Positions 15,976 through 24,509 of a stretch of DNA of 36,814 nt are shown here, one piece after another. The stretch is from an uncultured bacterium (GTDB taxonomy: Bacteria > Chloroflexota > Limnocylindria > Limnocylindrales > Limnocylindraceae). The notes under the pieces were generated by a model that saw only the letters and a list, made by a program, of their open reading frames with translations, searched no databases and was not told where the DNA came from. Position 1 is the first letter of the stretch. Each line of letters starts with the position of its first letter. The stretch covers positions 1 to 36,814 of the forward strand of contig CAWULR010000002.1 in NCBI GenBank assembly GCA_963923845.1, given 5' to 3'. The translations under genes and the position numbers were made by a program.

Positions 15976-17670
15976 TCATGCAGGGAGATACGGACGGTAC
16001 GCGGGGCTCCACATTGCCGCGTCCACAAGTTCGGGGACGCGATCCGCTGCAACGGCGGGGGCCCAGCCGGCCGCAGCGCCCGCCTCGATCACGGCGATGG
16101 CAACGCTTCGACTGATGGAGCGAAGCTGCGCGATCGGCGGATAGATCGAGGCGCGGGCGGGCGGCGTGAGCGACGCGAGCGTCTTCGCGGCAACGAGGAA
16201 GGCGTCGTCTGGAATCTGCGAGAGCCGACCGGCGACCGCAGCGAGGCCGACGCCCGGGAAGATGTAGACGTTGTTCGCCTGGCTGATCGCTTCAGTCTTT
16301 CCGTCGAGCGTGACCGGCTCGAACGGCGAACCGGTGGCGACGACCGCGCGACCGCCGCTCCAGGCGAGGATGTCGGTCGGCGTCGCCTCTGCGCAGGAGG
16401 TGGGATTGGAGAGCGGCCAGATGAGCGGGGCGGGCGCCGCCGCGGCGGCGGCGCGAATCGCCGACTCCGTGAATGCACCGGCCTGACCGCTCGTCCCGAG
16501 GAGTGCGGTCGGTCGCGCGGCGGCGATGATCGCGTCGAGCGACGCGCTGCCGCCGAGTCCGTCGAGCCCCACCGCGCGCAGCGCCGCGGCCGAGAGTGCA
16601 AGTTCGCTCTTCCCGTCGGTGAGATCGGTCCGGCCGTCGTGGACGACGCCCTTCGAGTCCATCGCGATGATGGCGCACGCGCGCTCGTCGGCGCCCATGC
16701 CGACGCTCTCGAGATAGCGTCGCAGCAGGCGCACGATGCCGAGCGTCGCCGCGCCCGCGCCGTAGAAGAGGAAGCGCTGATCCTTCATCTTCGTGCTCCC
16801 CGAGCCGCCGCCGGCGTTGATCGCGGCGATGATGCCGGCGAGCGCCACGGCGCCGGTTCCCTGGATGTCGTCGTTGAACGACGGAACGGTGCCGCGGTAG
16901 CGCTCGAGGATCTTGATCGCGTTCCCCTGCTTGAAGTCCTCCCACTGCACCACGCAGCCCGGGAGCGCCCCGGCCACGGCGGCGACGAACTTCTCGACGA
17001 AGGCGTCGTAGGCCGCGCCGCGAAGTCGGGGCTTCCTCCAACCGAGATAGGTCGGATCGTCGAGCAGCTCCTTGTTGTCCGTCCCGACGTCGAGCGAGAC
17101 CGGGAGCGCCCAGGCCGGCTGGATCCCGGCGGCCGCGATGTAGAGGGAGAGCTTGCCGATCGGAATGCCCATCCCTCCGACGCCGAGGTCGCCGAGGCCG
17201 AGGATCCGTTCGTTGTCGGTCACCACGATGAGTCGCGTCTCGCCACCGCCGGCGGCGTTGTGGAGCAGCTCGGGGATGCGATCCTGGTCGTCCGGCGTGA
17301 TCCACGCACCGCGCGCACGTCGCCAGATCTGGCTCCAGCGCTTGCACGCTTCGCCCACCGTCGGCGTGTACACGACGGGAAGAAACTCCTCCATGTTCTC
17401 GGCGATCAGCCGGTAGAAGAGCGTCTCGTTGCGATCTTGCAGCGCCGCGAGTCCGATATAGCGTTCGAGCGGATCCTGCTTGCGCCGAATCTTCTGCAGC
17501 TCCACGGCAACCTGCTCCTCGAGTGTGAGCACCGTGGCGGGGAGGAGACCGTCCAGGCCGAGCAGTCGCCGCTCCTCGCGAGTGAACGCCGTGTCCTTGT
17601 TCAGGGTGGGCCGACTCAGCAGCGCCTTGCCGCGCTCTTTGACCGCGATGGGAGGAAGGGGTGTCGCCAT
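15976..17670 (-). CDS. NAD-dependent malic enzyme (large, about 565-aa type)
   Basis: ATG 17670 chosen inside the merged 667-aa ORF. Motifs: LLSRPTLNKDTAFTREER, VYTPTVGEAC, VVTDNERILGLGDLG, FNDDIQGTGAV, FYGAGAA, LSNPTS. Confidence 0.9.
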   Translation of the reverse strand: MATPLPPIAVKERGKALLSRPTLNKDTAFTREERRLLGLDGLLPATVLTLEEQVAVELQKIRRKQDPLERYIGLAALQDRNETLFYRLIAENMEEFLPVVYTPTVGEACKRWSQIWRRARGAWITPDDQDRIPELLHNAAGGGETRLIVVTDNERILGLGDLGVGGMGIPIGKLSLYIAAAGIQPAWALPVSLDVGTDNKELLDDPTYLGWRKPRLRGAAYDAFVEKFVAAVAGALPGCVVQWEDFKQGNAIKILERYRGTVPSFNDDIQGTGAVALAGIIAAINAGGGSGSTKMKDQRFLFYGAGAATLGIVRLLRRYLESVGMGADERACAIIAMDSKGVVHDGRTDLTDGKSELALSAAALRAVGLDGLGGSASLDAIIAAARPTALLGTSGQAGAFTESAIRAAAAAAPAPLIWPLSNPTSCAEATPTDILAWSGGRAVVATGSPFEPVTLDGKTEAISQANNVYIFPGVGLAAVAGRLSQIPDDAFLVAAKTLASLTPPARASIYPPIAQLRSISRSVAIAVIEAGAAAGWAPAVAADRVPELVDAAMWSPAYRPYLPA

Positions 17671-17700
17671 TGGAGGCTCAGGATAGCCGTGCGACGGGGG

Positions 17701-17706
17701 TATAGT
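17701..17706 (+). promoter_or_regulatory. -10 box TATAGT, 7 nt upstream of the response-regulator ATG (leaderless mRNA predicted)
   Basis: gggggTATAGTtctgagcATG. The whole divergent intergenic region is only 43 bp and contains no SD sequence. Confidence 0.45.
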
Positions 17707-17713
17707 TCTGAGC

Positions 17714-18442
17714 ATGGCCGCGTCGATCCTCGTCGTCGAAGACGATCCAGCCGTCGCCCTCGCGCTCGAAGTGGCGCTGAAGGGCGAAGGGTATCTCCCC
17801 CTGCTCGCCGCCACGGGCGACAAGGGCCTGGAGATCGGACTGGCGCAGGCACCGGACCTGCTCATCCTGGACGTGCGGCTTCCCGGCATCGACGGGTTCG
17901 AACTCCTCCGTCGGCTTCGTGCCGGCGGTTCGAAGGCGCCGGTGATCGTCCTCACCGCGCGAGACGAGGAGGTGGACACGATCCTCGGACTCGAGCTCGG
18001 TGCCGACGACTACATGACCAAGCCCTTCCGCGTCCGTGAGCTGCTCAGCCGGGTCAAGTCGCAGCTCCGCCGTGCCTACGGCGACCTCGCCGACGCGCTC
18101 GGCGGTCGCATCATCCGCGCCGACGAGCTGCTGATCGATCTCGAGCGACGGCGCGTCAGCCGGGGCGGAAAGCGGATCTCGCTCACGCCAACGGAGTTCG
18201 AGATCCTGCGCCTGCTCGCCGAGAAGCCGGGGCGCGTGTTCAGCCGGCGCGACCTCCTCGAGCGCGTGCGCGACTACGACGCCGCCATCTCGGGCGACGA
18301 GAAGACGATCAACGTGCACGTGAGCCATCTCCGCGACAAGGTGGAGGAGGATCCGTCGAATCCTCGCTATGTCACGACGGTCCGCGGCGTGGGCTACGCA
18401 TTTGCTGATAGGAGCGAGCGCGGCGAGCGGAGCGGATCCTGA
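17714..18442 (+). CDS. OmpR-family two-component response regulator
   Basis: ILVVEDD, LILDVRLPGIDG and DDYMTKPF form the receiver domain. The winged-helix domain ends VRGVGYAF. Confidence 0.9.
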   Translation: MAASILVVEDDPAVALALEVALKGEGYLPLLAATGDKGLEIGLAQAPDLLILDVRLPGIDGFELLRRLRAGGSKAPVIVLTARDEEVDTILGLELGADDYMTKPFRVRELLSRVKSQLRRAYGDLADALGGRIIRADELLIDLERRRVSRGGKRISLTPTEFEILRLLAEKPGRVFSRRDLLERVRDYDAAISGDEKTINVHVSHLRDKVEEDPSNPRYVTTVRGVGYAFADRSERGERSGS

Positions 18443-20199
18443 ACCGTCTCCTCACTCGCCTCTACGGCCTCCCGCCGCGCGGACTCCGCGCACGGCTCAC
18501 CGTCGCGTTCCTGGGCATCGTCGCGATCGCCCTCTCTGCCTCCGGCGTCGTCGTCGTCGACCGGATGAGCACCGAACTCGAGACGCAGGAGTTCGCCTCG
18601 CTCCAGGTTCGCCGCATGGCGGTGGCGAGCTCGGCCCGCAGCATCGCGATCGCCGCGGCCGGCGAACAGGCGATCGTCACGAAGTCCGGCGAGCTCTCCG
18701 CCGCCGTCAAGGAGCGTTTCCTCCTCCAAGATCCAGAGTTGCAGGGCCTCGCCACGTCGATCGCGCGCGCCGACGTGCGGATCCAGTTCGGATCGTGGGA
18801 CGAGGCGCAGCAGCTCTTCACGCCGCTCACCGACGCCGAGTTCACGATCGATTCGTCTGGCGTCGAGCCGACCGCCGGCGAGCGACGCGATCCGATCAGC
18901 AGCGGCTCCGAAGTGGTGATCCTCGGCGGAACTTCGACCATCGGCGCGATGGAGGTCACGCTCCTCCAGCCGCTCTCCACGCGCGTGACGCGCGTCACGC
19001 AGGTAACCAACCTGGTCGTGCTCGTCGGCGTCGTGGCGATGCTGCTCACCATCTTCTTCGCGTCGCTCGCCGCGCAGCGTTTCGCCAACCCGGTCCGCCT
19101 CCTCTCGGAGACGGCGACGAAGATCGGCGACGGCGACCTGTCGGCTCGCGTGCCGACCGGAGCCGACGTTGCCGCGAACGTCGAGATGGCGGCGCTCATC
19201 GACCAGTTCAACCGCATGGCGGGGCGACTCGAGGCGACGGTGGCGGCGCTGCGACGCGAACGCGACCGCGGCCAAGAGCATCTCGCGGACGTCTCGCACG
19301 AGCTGCGCACGCCGCTCGCCGCGCTCCGTGCGTTCGTCGACCTGCTCGACGAGAGCGGAACGACCGATGCCGCCACGCGCAAGCGACTCTTGACCGAGGC
19401 GGGGCACCAACTCGAGCGCATGGATGCCCTCACGGCGAACATCCTCGAGCTCTCCCGTTTCGACGCCGGCATCGCCCGCCCGCACTTCACGGAGGGAGAT
19501 CTTCGCTCCAGCGTGCGCGCGGCGATCGAGCAGGCGGCGGTCGGCGCGCGACGTCGCGGCGTGGCGCTCGACGAGCGGCTGCCGGCGCGACGGGTGATGG
19601 TGCGACACGACGCAACGCTCGTCGGCCAGGCGGTGGCGAACCTCGTGGGCAACGCGCTGAAGTTCACGCCGCGCGGCGGCAGTGTCTCCGTTGCGGTACG
19701 TCCGCTCTCGACGGGGGCTGCAACGATCACCGTTTCGGACAACGGCGTCGGCATCTCGGCAGACGAGTTGCCGCGCATCTTCGATCGCTTCTATCGCGGC
19801 ACCGAGGGACTTGCCGCAGCGCGCAAGGCGACACGCGCCTCGGGCTCGGGCCTCGGCCTTGCGATCGTGAAGTCGATCGTGGACATGCACGCGGGCCGGA
19901 TCGTCGTGGAGAGCCTGGTTGGAAGCGGAACAAGTTTCACGTTGACGCTGCCGGCGGATCCCGAGCTGATCGCCGACGAGACGGTCGAACCGGCGCCGAC
20001 ACCGCAGGAACCGTCGTCGCTGATCAGCGTCGGACGCCGAGCGGCGGCGCTCCTCGGAGAGGTTGCGAAAACTTCACTGCGTCTTCGGCAGGTTCTTCGC
20101 GCAGAAGCGGCATCCTCTACCCTTGAAGAGCAGAGCGCATCGCCTGATGCTGCCGCTTCCGCTGATGGCGCGACCAAGCCGACAAAGGAGAGAGCGTGA
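18439..20199 (+). CDS. two-component sensor histidine kinase (TM-sensor-TM-HAMP-HisKA-HATPase); start codon uncertain
   Basis: SHELRTPLAAL is the H-box. NLVGNALKFTP, DNGVGI and GSGLGLAIV are the N/G boxes. The first ATG (18565) lies after the predicted TM1 (LRARLTVAFLGIVAIALSASGVVVV), so I place the start at CTG 18439, overlapping the regulator TGA. See findings. Confidence 0.8.
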   Translation: MNRLLTRLYGLPPRGLRARLTVAFLGIVAIALSASGVVVVDRMSTELETQEFASLQVRRMAVASSARSIAIAAAGEQAIVTKSGELSAAVKERFLLQDPELQGLATSIARADVRIQFGSWDEAQQLFTPLTDAEFTIDSSGVEPTAGERRDPISSGSEVVILGGTSTIGAMEVTLLQPLSTRVTRVTQVTNLVVLVGVVAMLLTIFFASLAAQRFANPVRLLSETATKIGDGDLSARVPTGADVAANVEMAALIDQFNRMAGRLEATVAALRRERDRGQEHLADVSHELRTPLAALRAFVDLLDESGTTDAATRKRLLTEAGHQLERMDALTANILELSRFDAGIARPHFTEGDLRSSVRAAIEQAAVGARRRGVALDERLPARRVMVRHDATLVGQAVANLVGNALKFTPRGGSVSVAVRPLSTGAATITVSDNGVGISADELPRIFDRFYRGTEGLAAARKATRASGSGLGLAIVKSIVDMHAGRIVVESLVGSGTSFTLTLPADPELIADETVEPAPTPQEPSSLISVGRRAAALLGEVAKTSLRLRQVLRAEAASSTLEEQSASPDAAASADGATKPTKERA

Positions 20200-21428
20200 G
20201 CAAGTCCTCCGATTCGATCGAAGAGTCCGCACAGGAGCCCCTGAGATTCGAACCAGAACCGGCGGAGAACGCCCAGCCGTGGGTGGAGAAACTCGACGAC
20301 GGGTATCCGAAGCCCGAACCGCTGATCGGCGCGGAAGAGGAGGCACCAGTCGAGCGAACGGCGGGCGGTGTTGGACGTCGTCTGGTTCTCGGACTCCTCG
20401 CCCTCTCCCTGATCTTCGGCGCGGCGGGCGGCGCAGGCGCGACGTTCTTGGTGCTCGGCGGACTCAGCGGAGAGAGCGAGCTCGGGACACAGATCCGCCA
20501 GACGCTCATCTCAGAACAGTCTGCAACGGTCAACGTCGCAGAGCGCATCTCGCCCGCCATCGTCACCATCGAGGTGACGAGCGCGAGCGGCAACTCCGTC
20601 GGCTCCGGCGTGATCTATTCGGCCGACGGGTGGATCGTGACGAACCGCCACGTGGTGGACGGCGAGAGCTCGATGACCGTCCACCTGAAAGACGGGCGCG
20701 ACTTCCCGGGAAGCGTCTACGGCATCGACACGCTCACCGACCTCGCCATCGTCAAGATCGATGCGACGGGTCTCACCGCCGCCACGCTCGGTCGCTCCGG
20801 CACCATCCAGGTCGGACAGACGGCGATCGCGATCGGGTCGCCGCTCGGCGTCTACACCAACTCCGTGACGGCCGGGATCATCTCCGCCATCGGCCGCGAG
20901 ATCACCACCGAATCCGGTCGCCTCGACGGCCTGCTGCAGACCGATGCCGCGATCAACCCGGGCAACTCGGGCGGCGCGCTCGTGGACTCGAGCGGCGCGG
21001 TGATCGGCATCAACACCGCCATCTCCACCGAAGGGGCAGGGATCGGCTTCGCGATCCCGATCGACATCGCGCGCCCGATCATGGAGCAGGCGCTCGCCGG
21101 CGTCGAACTCTCGCGCCCGTGGATCGGCATCCGCTACGTTGCGCTGAACCGCCGCACCGCTGCGGAGAACAACCTGACGGTCTTCCAAGGCGCGTGGATC
21201 TCCGGCGGAACCGAGTCGGGGATCGTGGCCGGGAGTCCAGCCGAAACGGCCGGTCTCGCCGACGGCGACATCATCACCAAGGTTCAGGGCGTGGAGATCG
21301 ACGAGCTGCATCCGCTCCAGGACCTGCTCGTTCAGTACTCTCCGGGTGCGGTGATCGTCTTGGACGTGCTGCGCGCCGGATCCACGGTGCAGATCTCGGT
21401 CACGCTCGGGATTCGGCCGAGCCAGTAG
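20196..21428 (+). CDS. htrA: HtrA/DegP-family (S1C) serine protease with TM anchor and one PDZ domain
   Basis: Catalytic triad contexts TNRHVV, DLAIVKI, GNSGGALV. GTG start overlaps the kinase stop (GTGA) and follows AAAGGAG. Confidence 0.9.
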   Translation: MSKSSDSIEESAQEPLRFEPEPAENAQPWVEKLDDGYPKPEPLIGAEEEAPVERTAGGVGRRLVLGLLALSLIFGAAGGAGATFLVLGGLSGESELGTQIRQTLISEQSATVNVAERISPAIVTIEVTSASGNSVGSGVIYSADGWIVTNRHVVDGESSMTVHLKDGRDFPGSVYGIDTLTDLAIVKIDATGLTAATLGRSGTIQVGQTAIAIGSPLGVYTNSVTAGIISAIGREITTESGRLDGLLQTDAAINPGNSGGALVDSSGAVIGINTAISTEGAGIGFAIPIDIARPIMEQALAGVELSRPWIGIRYVALNRRTAAENNLTVFQGAWISGGTESGIVAGSPAETAGLADGDIITKVQGVEIDELHPLQDLLVQYSPGAVIVLDVLRAGSTVQISVTLGIRPSQ

Positions 21429-22947
21429 TCGCCTCTGGATCGAGGCTCCCGTCGTCTGGGAGCCGCCCCTGGCGCATGAGTCGCTCGCGCACCGCACCGA
21501 CCAGGTAGAGCGATCCGGCGACGATCACCGGGCCGCGATCGCGCGCCGCGCCGTCGAGCGCGCGCTGTGGGTCCGCCGCGATCTCGACCGCCGCACCGAG
21601 CCCCGCGCGACGCGCCGCGTCGGCGAGCGCCTCTGGCGTAGACGAGCGCTCCTCCCCCACGGTGGTGCAGATCAGCCGCGCGGCGCGGAGCACCGGCGAC
21701 GTCGCGAGCTCGCCGAAGATCCTGTCGATCGCCTTGTCCGACATCGCGGCGACGATCAGCGTTGCGCGGTTCGATCGAGACTCGCCGCCCATGCGACACT
21801 CGCCGTCGGCATCGCGCAGGTGCGGCGCAAGATCGTCGACCGCGGCGGCGAGCGCCGCCGCGCCGTCCTCGTTGTGCGCACCGTCGAGGAGCAGGTCGCG
21901 TCGGTCATCCGAACCGAACGCGTGGTCGATCAGCTCCAGGCGACCGGGCCACCGTGCTGCGGCGAAGCCGGCGACGATGCGATCGTCGCTCACGTCGACG
22001 ATGCCCGCCTCCCGCATCGCATCGAGCGTTGCGAGCGCCACGGCGGCGTTCTGGGCCTGGTGTCGGCCGATCAGTCCCACCCTCACCGCACCGAGTCGCG
22101 GGAGGTCCACCTCGATGCCGTCGCGTCCACGCGATCGAACGGCTCCGTGGGTTGCAATCGTCAGCGGCGCACCCACGCTCGCGGCGGCGCGCTTGATCAC
22201 GTTCAGCGCGTCGCCTCGATCGGTTGCGCCGGTCACCGCTCGGTTGCCGCGCACGATGATCGCCGCCTTCTCGCCGGCGATCTCCCGAATCGTCTCGCCG
22301 AGATACTCCTGGTGGTCGAGACCGACGTTGGTGACCACGGCAACGCCGCCGTCCCATGCGTGCATCGCGTCGAGTCGACCGCCGAGTCCGACCTCCACCA
22401 CGGCGCGATCGATGCCGGCCGCGTGAAAGCCGTCGAAGACCACGCCGGCGAGCAGCTCGAACTCGGTCACTGGTCCCACGCGCGGCTCGATCCGATCGGC
22501 GGCGTCGAGCGCGCGTTCCACCGCGATGGCAAAGGGGAGCGGATCGAGCGGTCGTCCGTCGATGCGAATCCGCTCGCGATACGAGACGAGGTGTGGCTTT
22601 GGGGTGCTGCCGTGACGGATCCCGGCGGCACCGAGCGCGGCTGAGATCAGCGCGCCGACACTCCCCTTCCCGTTGGTTCCGGCGATCAGGGCGCCTCGCA
22701 CGGAACGTTCGGGGCCGCCGAGTGCCTCCAAGATGGCGCGCGAACGCTCGAGCCCGAGGCGGACGCCGAAGCGTCCGCGAGCCGAGATGGCGACGAGCGC
22801 CGCCGCCCACGCATCGTCGCCTCGTCCATCGGCGATCGCCGCCGCCAACTGCACGCGCGCGTCGCGCACGCGCACCTTGAGTCGCTCGACGATCTGCGGG
22901 TCGGATGCTCTGTTCGGCACCAGACGAGCGTAGCGGGGTTCATGCAT
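21400..22947 (-). CDS. folC: bifunctional folylpolyglutamate synthase / dihydrofolate synthase
   Basis: Mur-ligase P-loop GTNGKGS, VVEVGLGGRLD, VVTNVGLDHQEYLG, GEKAAII. The N-terminal roughly 40 aa are longer than usual, so the start is uncertain. The 3' end overlaps htrA by 29 bp (convergent). Confidence 0.85.
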   Translation of the reverse strand: MHEPRYARLVPNRASDPQIVERLKVRVRDARVQLAAAIADGRGDDAWAAALVAISARGRFGVRLGLERSRAILEALGGPERSVRGALIAGTNGKGSVGALISAALGAAGIRHGSTPKPHLVSYRERIRIDGRPLDPLPFAIAVERALDAADRIEPRVGPVTEFELLAGVVFDGFHAAGIDRAVVEVGLGGRLDAMHAWDGGVAVVTNVGLDHQEYLGETIREIAGEKAAIIVRGNRAVTGATDRGDALNVIKRAAASVGAPLTIATHGAVRSRGRDGIEVDLPRLGAVRVGLIGRHQAQNAAVALATLDAMREAGIVDVSDDRIVAGFAAARWPGRLELIDHAFGSDDRRDLLLDGAHNEDGAAALAAAVDDLAPHLRDADGECRMGGESRSNRATLIVAAMSDKAIDRIFGELATSPVLRAARLICTTVGEERSSTPEALADAARRAGLGAAVEIAADPQRALDGAARDRGPVIVAGSLYLVGAVRERLMRQGRLPDDGSLDPEATTGSAESRA

Positions 22948-22967
22948 GTCATGACAGAATCGTGGCC

Positions 22968-24179
22968 ATGGCAGGGTTCAACCGACCCGGATCGCAACCG
23001 CCACGCCGACGCGGTCTCTTCGGCAACCGCTCTGACACCCGCCAACCCGTCCGTCGCGTTGCGTCGAGCGCGCCGACGCGTGCGGCGGTCTCCTACACGT
23101 CGGGCCAGTCGCGCACCGGCGGCGGCTCGGTGCTGCGCTCGATCTCCGACGCACTCACGCGACTCGTCGGCATCGTCGCCGTCGTCGCCCTGATCGTGCT
23201 CGCGGTCTTCGGAGCGCGAATCGTCCTCTCGCTCGGCGACGCGGGCACCTCTCCGTCGCCCAGCGACGTCGTCCCGTCGGCGGCGCCTGGAGCGCCGCTC
23301 CTGGTCGAGCCAGATCCCTCCACCGTTGCGGCACAGTCGATCACGATCCGAGGCTCGCTCCCCGATGACCTGCTCGGACTGAGCGACGCGATCCTGCGCA
23401 TCACCGTCGTGACTGCCGACGGTTCGTCGATCACCGGCGCAGAGGTCGAGCTCCCTCGTACGCCGGGCTTCGAGATTCCCGGCATCCCGCTTGCATCGGG
23501 CGACAACGTCATCACCGCGGTGGTGGTCGTGGGTGGAACGGAGCGGACACCGAGCAACGCCGTCACGGTGACGCGCGACACGACCGCACCTGAGGTGACG
23601 ATCGACTCGCCGAGCCCGAGCCAGCTCGTGAACGGCGCCGAGGTCACCGTCCGTGGCGCATCGGAGAAGGACGCGAACATCCAGGTGCGAAACGAGACGA
23701 CGGGCATCGCATCAACCGGCACGGCAAACGGCAAGGGCGAGTACAGCATCGGCATCTCGCTGCGCAACGGCATCAATGTCATCTCCGTGACGGCGACGGA
23801 CGGCGTTGGAAACTCCTCGCGGACGAGCGTCGAGATCACGACGAACGCCGCCGTCGGTCGCGTCACGCTCGTGGTGAATCCCGGAACCATCTTCCTCAAC
23901 AAGTCGCCGAAGGCGTTCCGCATCACCGCGACCGCGACAGATTCCACCGGGGCACCGGTCGTCGGGGCCAACGTCTGCATCCTGATCACCGCACCCGGAC
24001 TCTCGCCGATCGCCCTGCCGTGCAGTCTCTCGGACAGCAACGGGCGCGCGATCGGCGAATACACGTTCCCGGAGAACTATGCGACCGAAGGACGCGGCAA
24101 CATCCTCGCCACCTACACGCTCACGCAGGGCGATCCGCTCGAAGCGACGACGGGTTTCTCCGTGATGAAGAAGCCCTGA
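22968..24179 (+). CDS. membrane-anchored surface protein with tandem Ig-like (Big-type) beta-sandwich repeats
   Basis: Arg-rich cytoplasmic N-terminus, one TM helix (LVGIVAVVALIVLAVFGA), then repeated motifs of the form ITIRGS..., VTVRGASEKDANIQV, NVISVTATDGVGNSS, FRITATATDSTGAPVVGANV. Confidence 0.6.
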   Translation: MAGFNRPGSQPPRRRGLFGNRSDTRQPVRRVASSAPTRAAVSYTSGQSRTGGGSVLRSISDALTRLVGIVAVVALIVLAVFGARIVLSLGDAGTSPSPSDVVPSAAPGAPLLVEPDPSTVAAQSITIRGSLPDDLLGLSDAILRITVVTADGSSITGAEVELPRTPGFEIPGIPLASGDNVITAVVVVGGTERTPSNAVTVTRDTTAPEVTIDSPSPSQLVNGAEVTVRGASEKDANIQVRNETTGIASTGTANGKGEYSIGISLRNGINVISVTATDGVGNSSRTSVEITTNAAVGRVTLVVNPGTIFLNKSPKAFRITATATDSTGAPVVGANVCILITAPGLSPIALPCSLSDSNGRAIGEYTFPENYATEGRGNILATYTLTQGDPLEATTGFSVMKKP

Positions 24180-24502
24180 TGGACGGAGCGAACCTCGCCT
24201 GGCAGTGTCCCTCCTGCGGCGCACTGCAGGAGGAGACCGGTCGATGCTGGGTCTGCAAGGCGCCGACCGCCGCCTGCGGGACCTGCCGACACCTGCGACG
24301 TGCCGTCGTCGGCCGCATCAGCTACTGCGGCATCGACCGAAAGCGCAAGCTCGTCGCCGAGAGCGACGTCCGTCCATGTTGGACGTCGCCGGTCGAGCTG
24401 CAGCATGCCGCCAGCCACGGTCGGCGCGTCGACGGCGCAGACCTGAAACTGCCGCGGCTCAGCTGGGCGAGCGGCGGACTCTGGGAGGGACTCGAAGCCT
24501 AG
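24179..24502 (+). CDS. Cys-rich (multi-CxxC zinc-ribbon-like) small protein
   Basis: 107 aa: WQCPSCGALQEETGRCWVCKAPTAACGTCRH. The ATG overlaps the upstream TGA by 1 nt (TGATG). Third-position GC is high. Confidence 0.5.
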   Translation: MDGANLAWQCPSCGALQEETGRCWVCKAPTAACGTCRHLRRAVVGRISYCGIDRKRKLVAESDVRPCWTSPVELQHAASHGRRVDGADLKLPRLSWASGGLWEGLEA

Positions 24503-24508
24503 GCTTCG
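24493..24508. terminator. 16-bp perfect palindrome cgaagcCTAGgcttcg between convergent stop codons; possible weak bidirectional terminator
   Basis: Self-complementary by inspection, with a 6-bp stem and 4-nt loop. It contains the + gene TAG (24500..24502) and lies 2 nt from the kinase TGA (24510..24512). There is no U-tract. Confidence 0.25.
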
Positions 24509-24509
24509 G

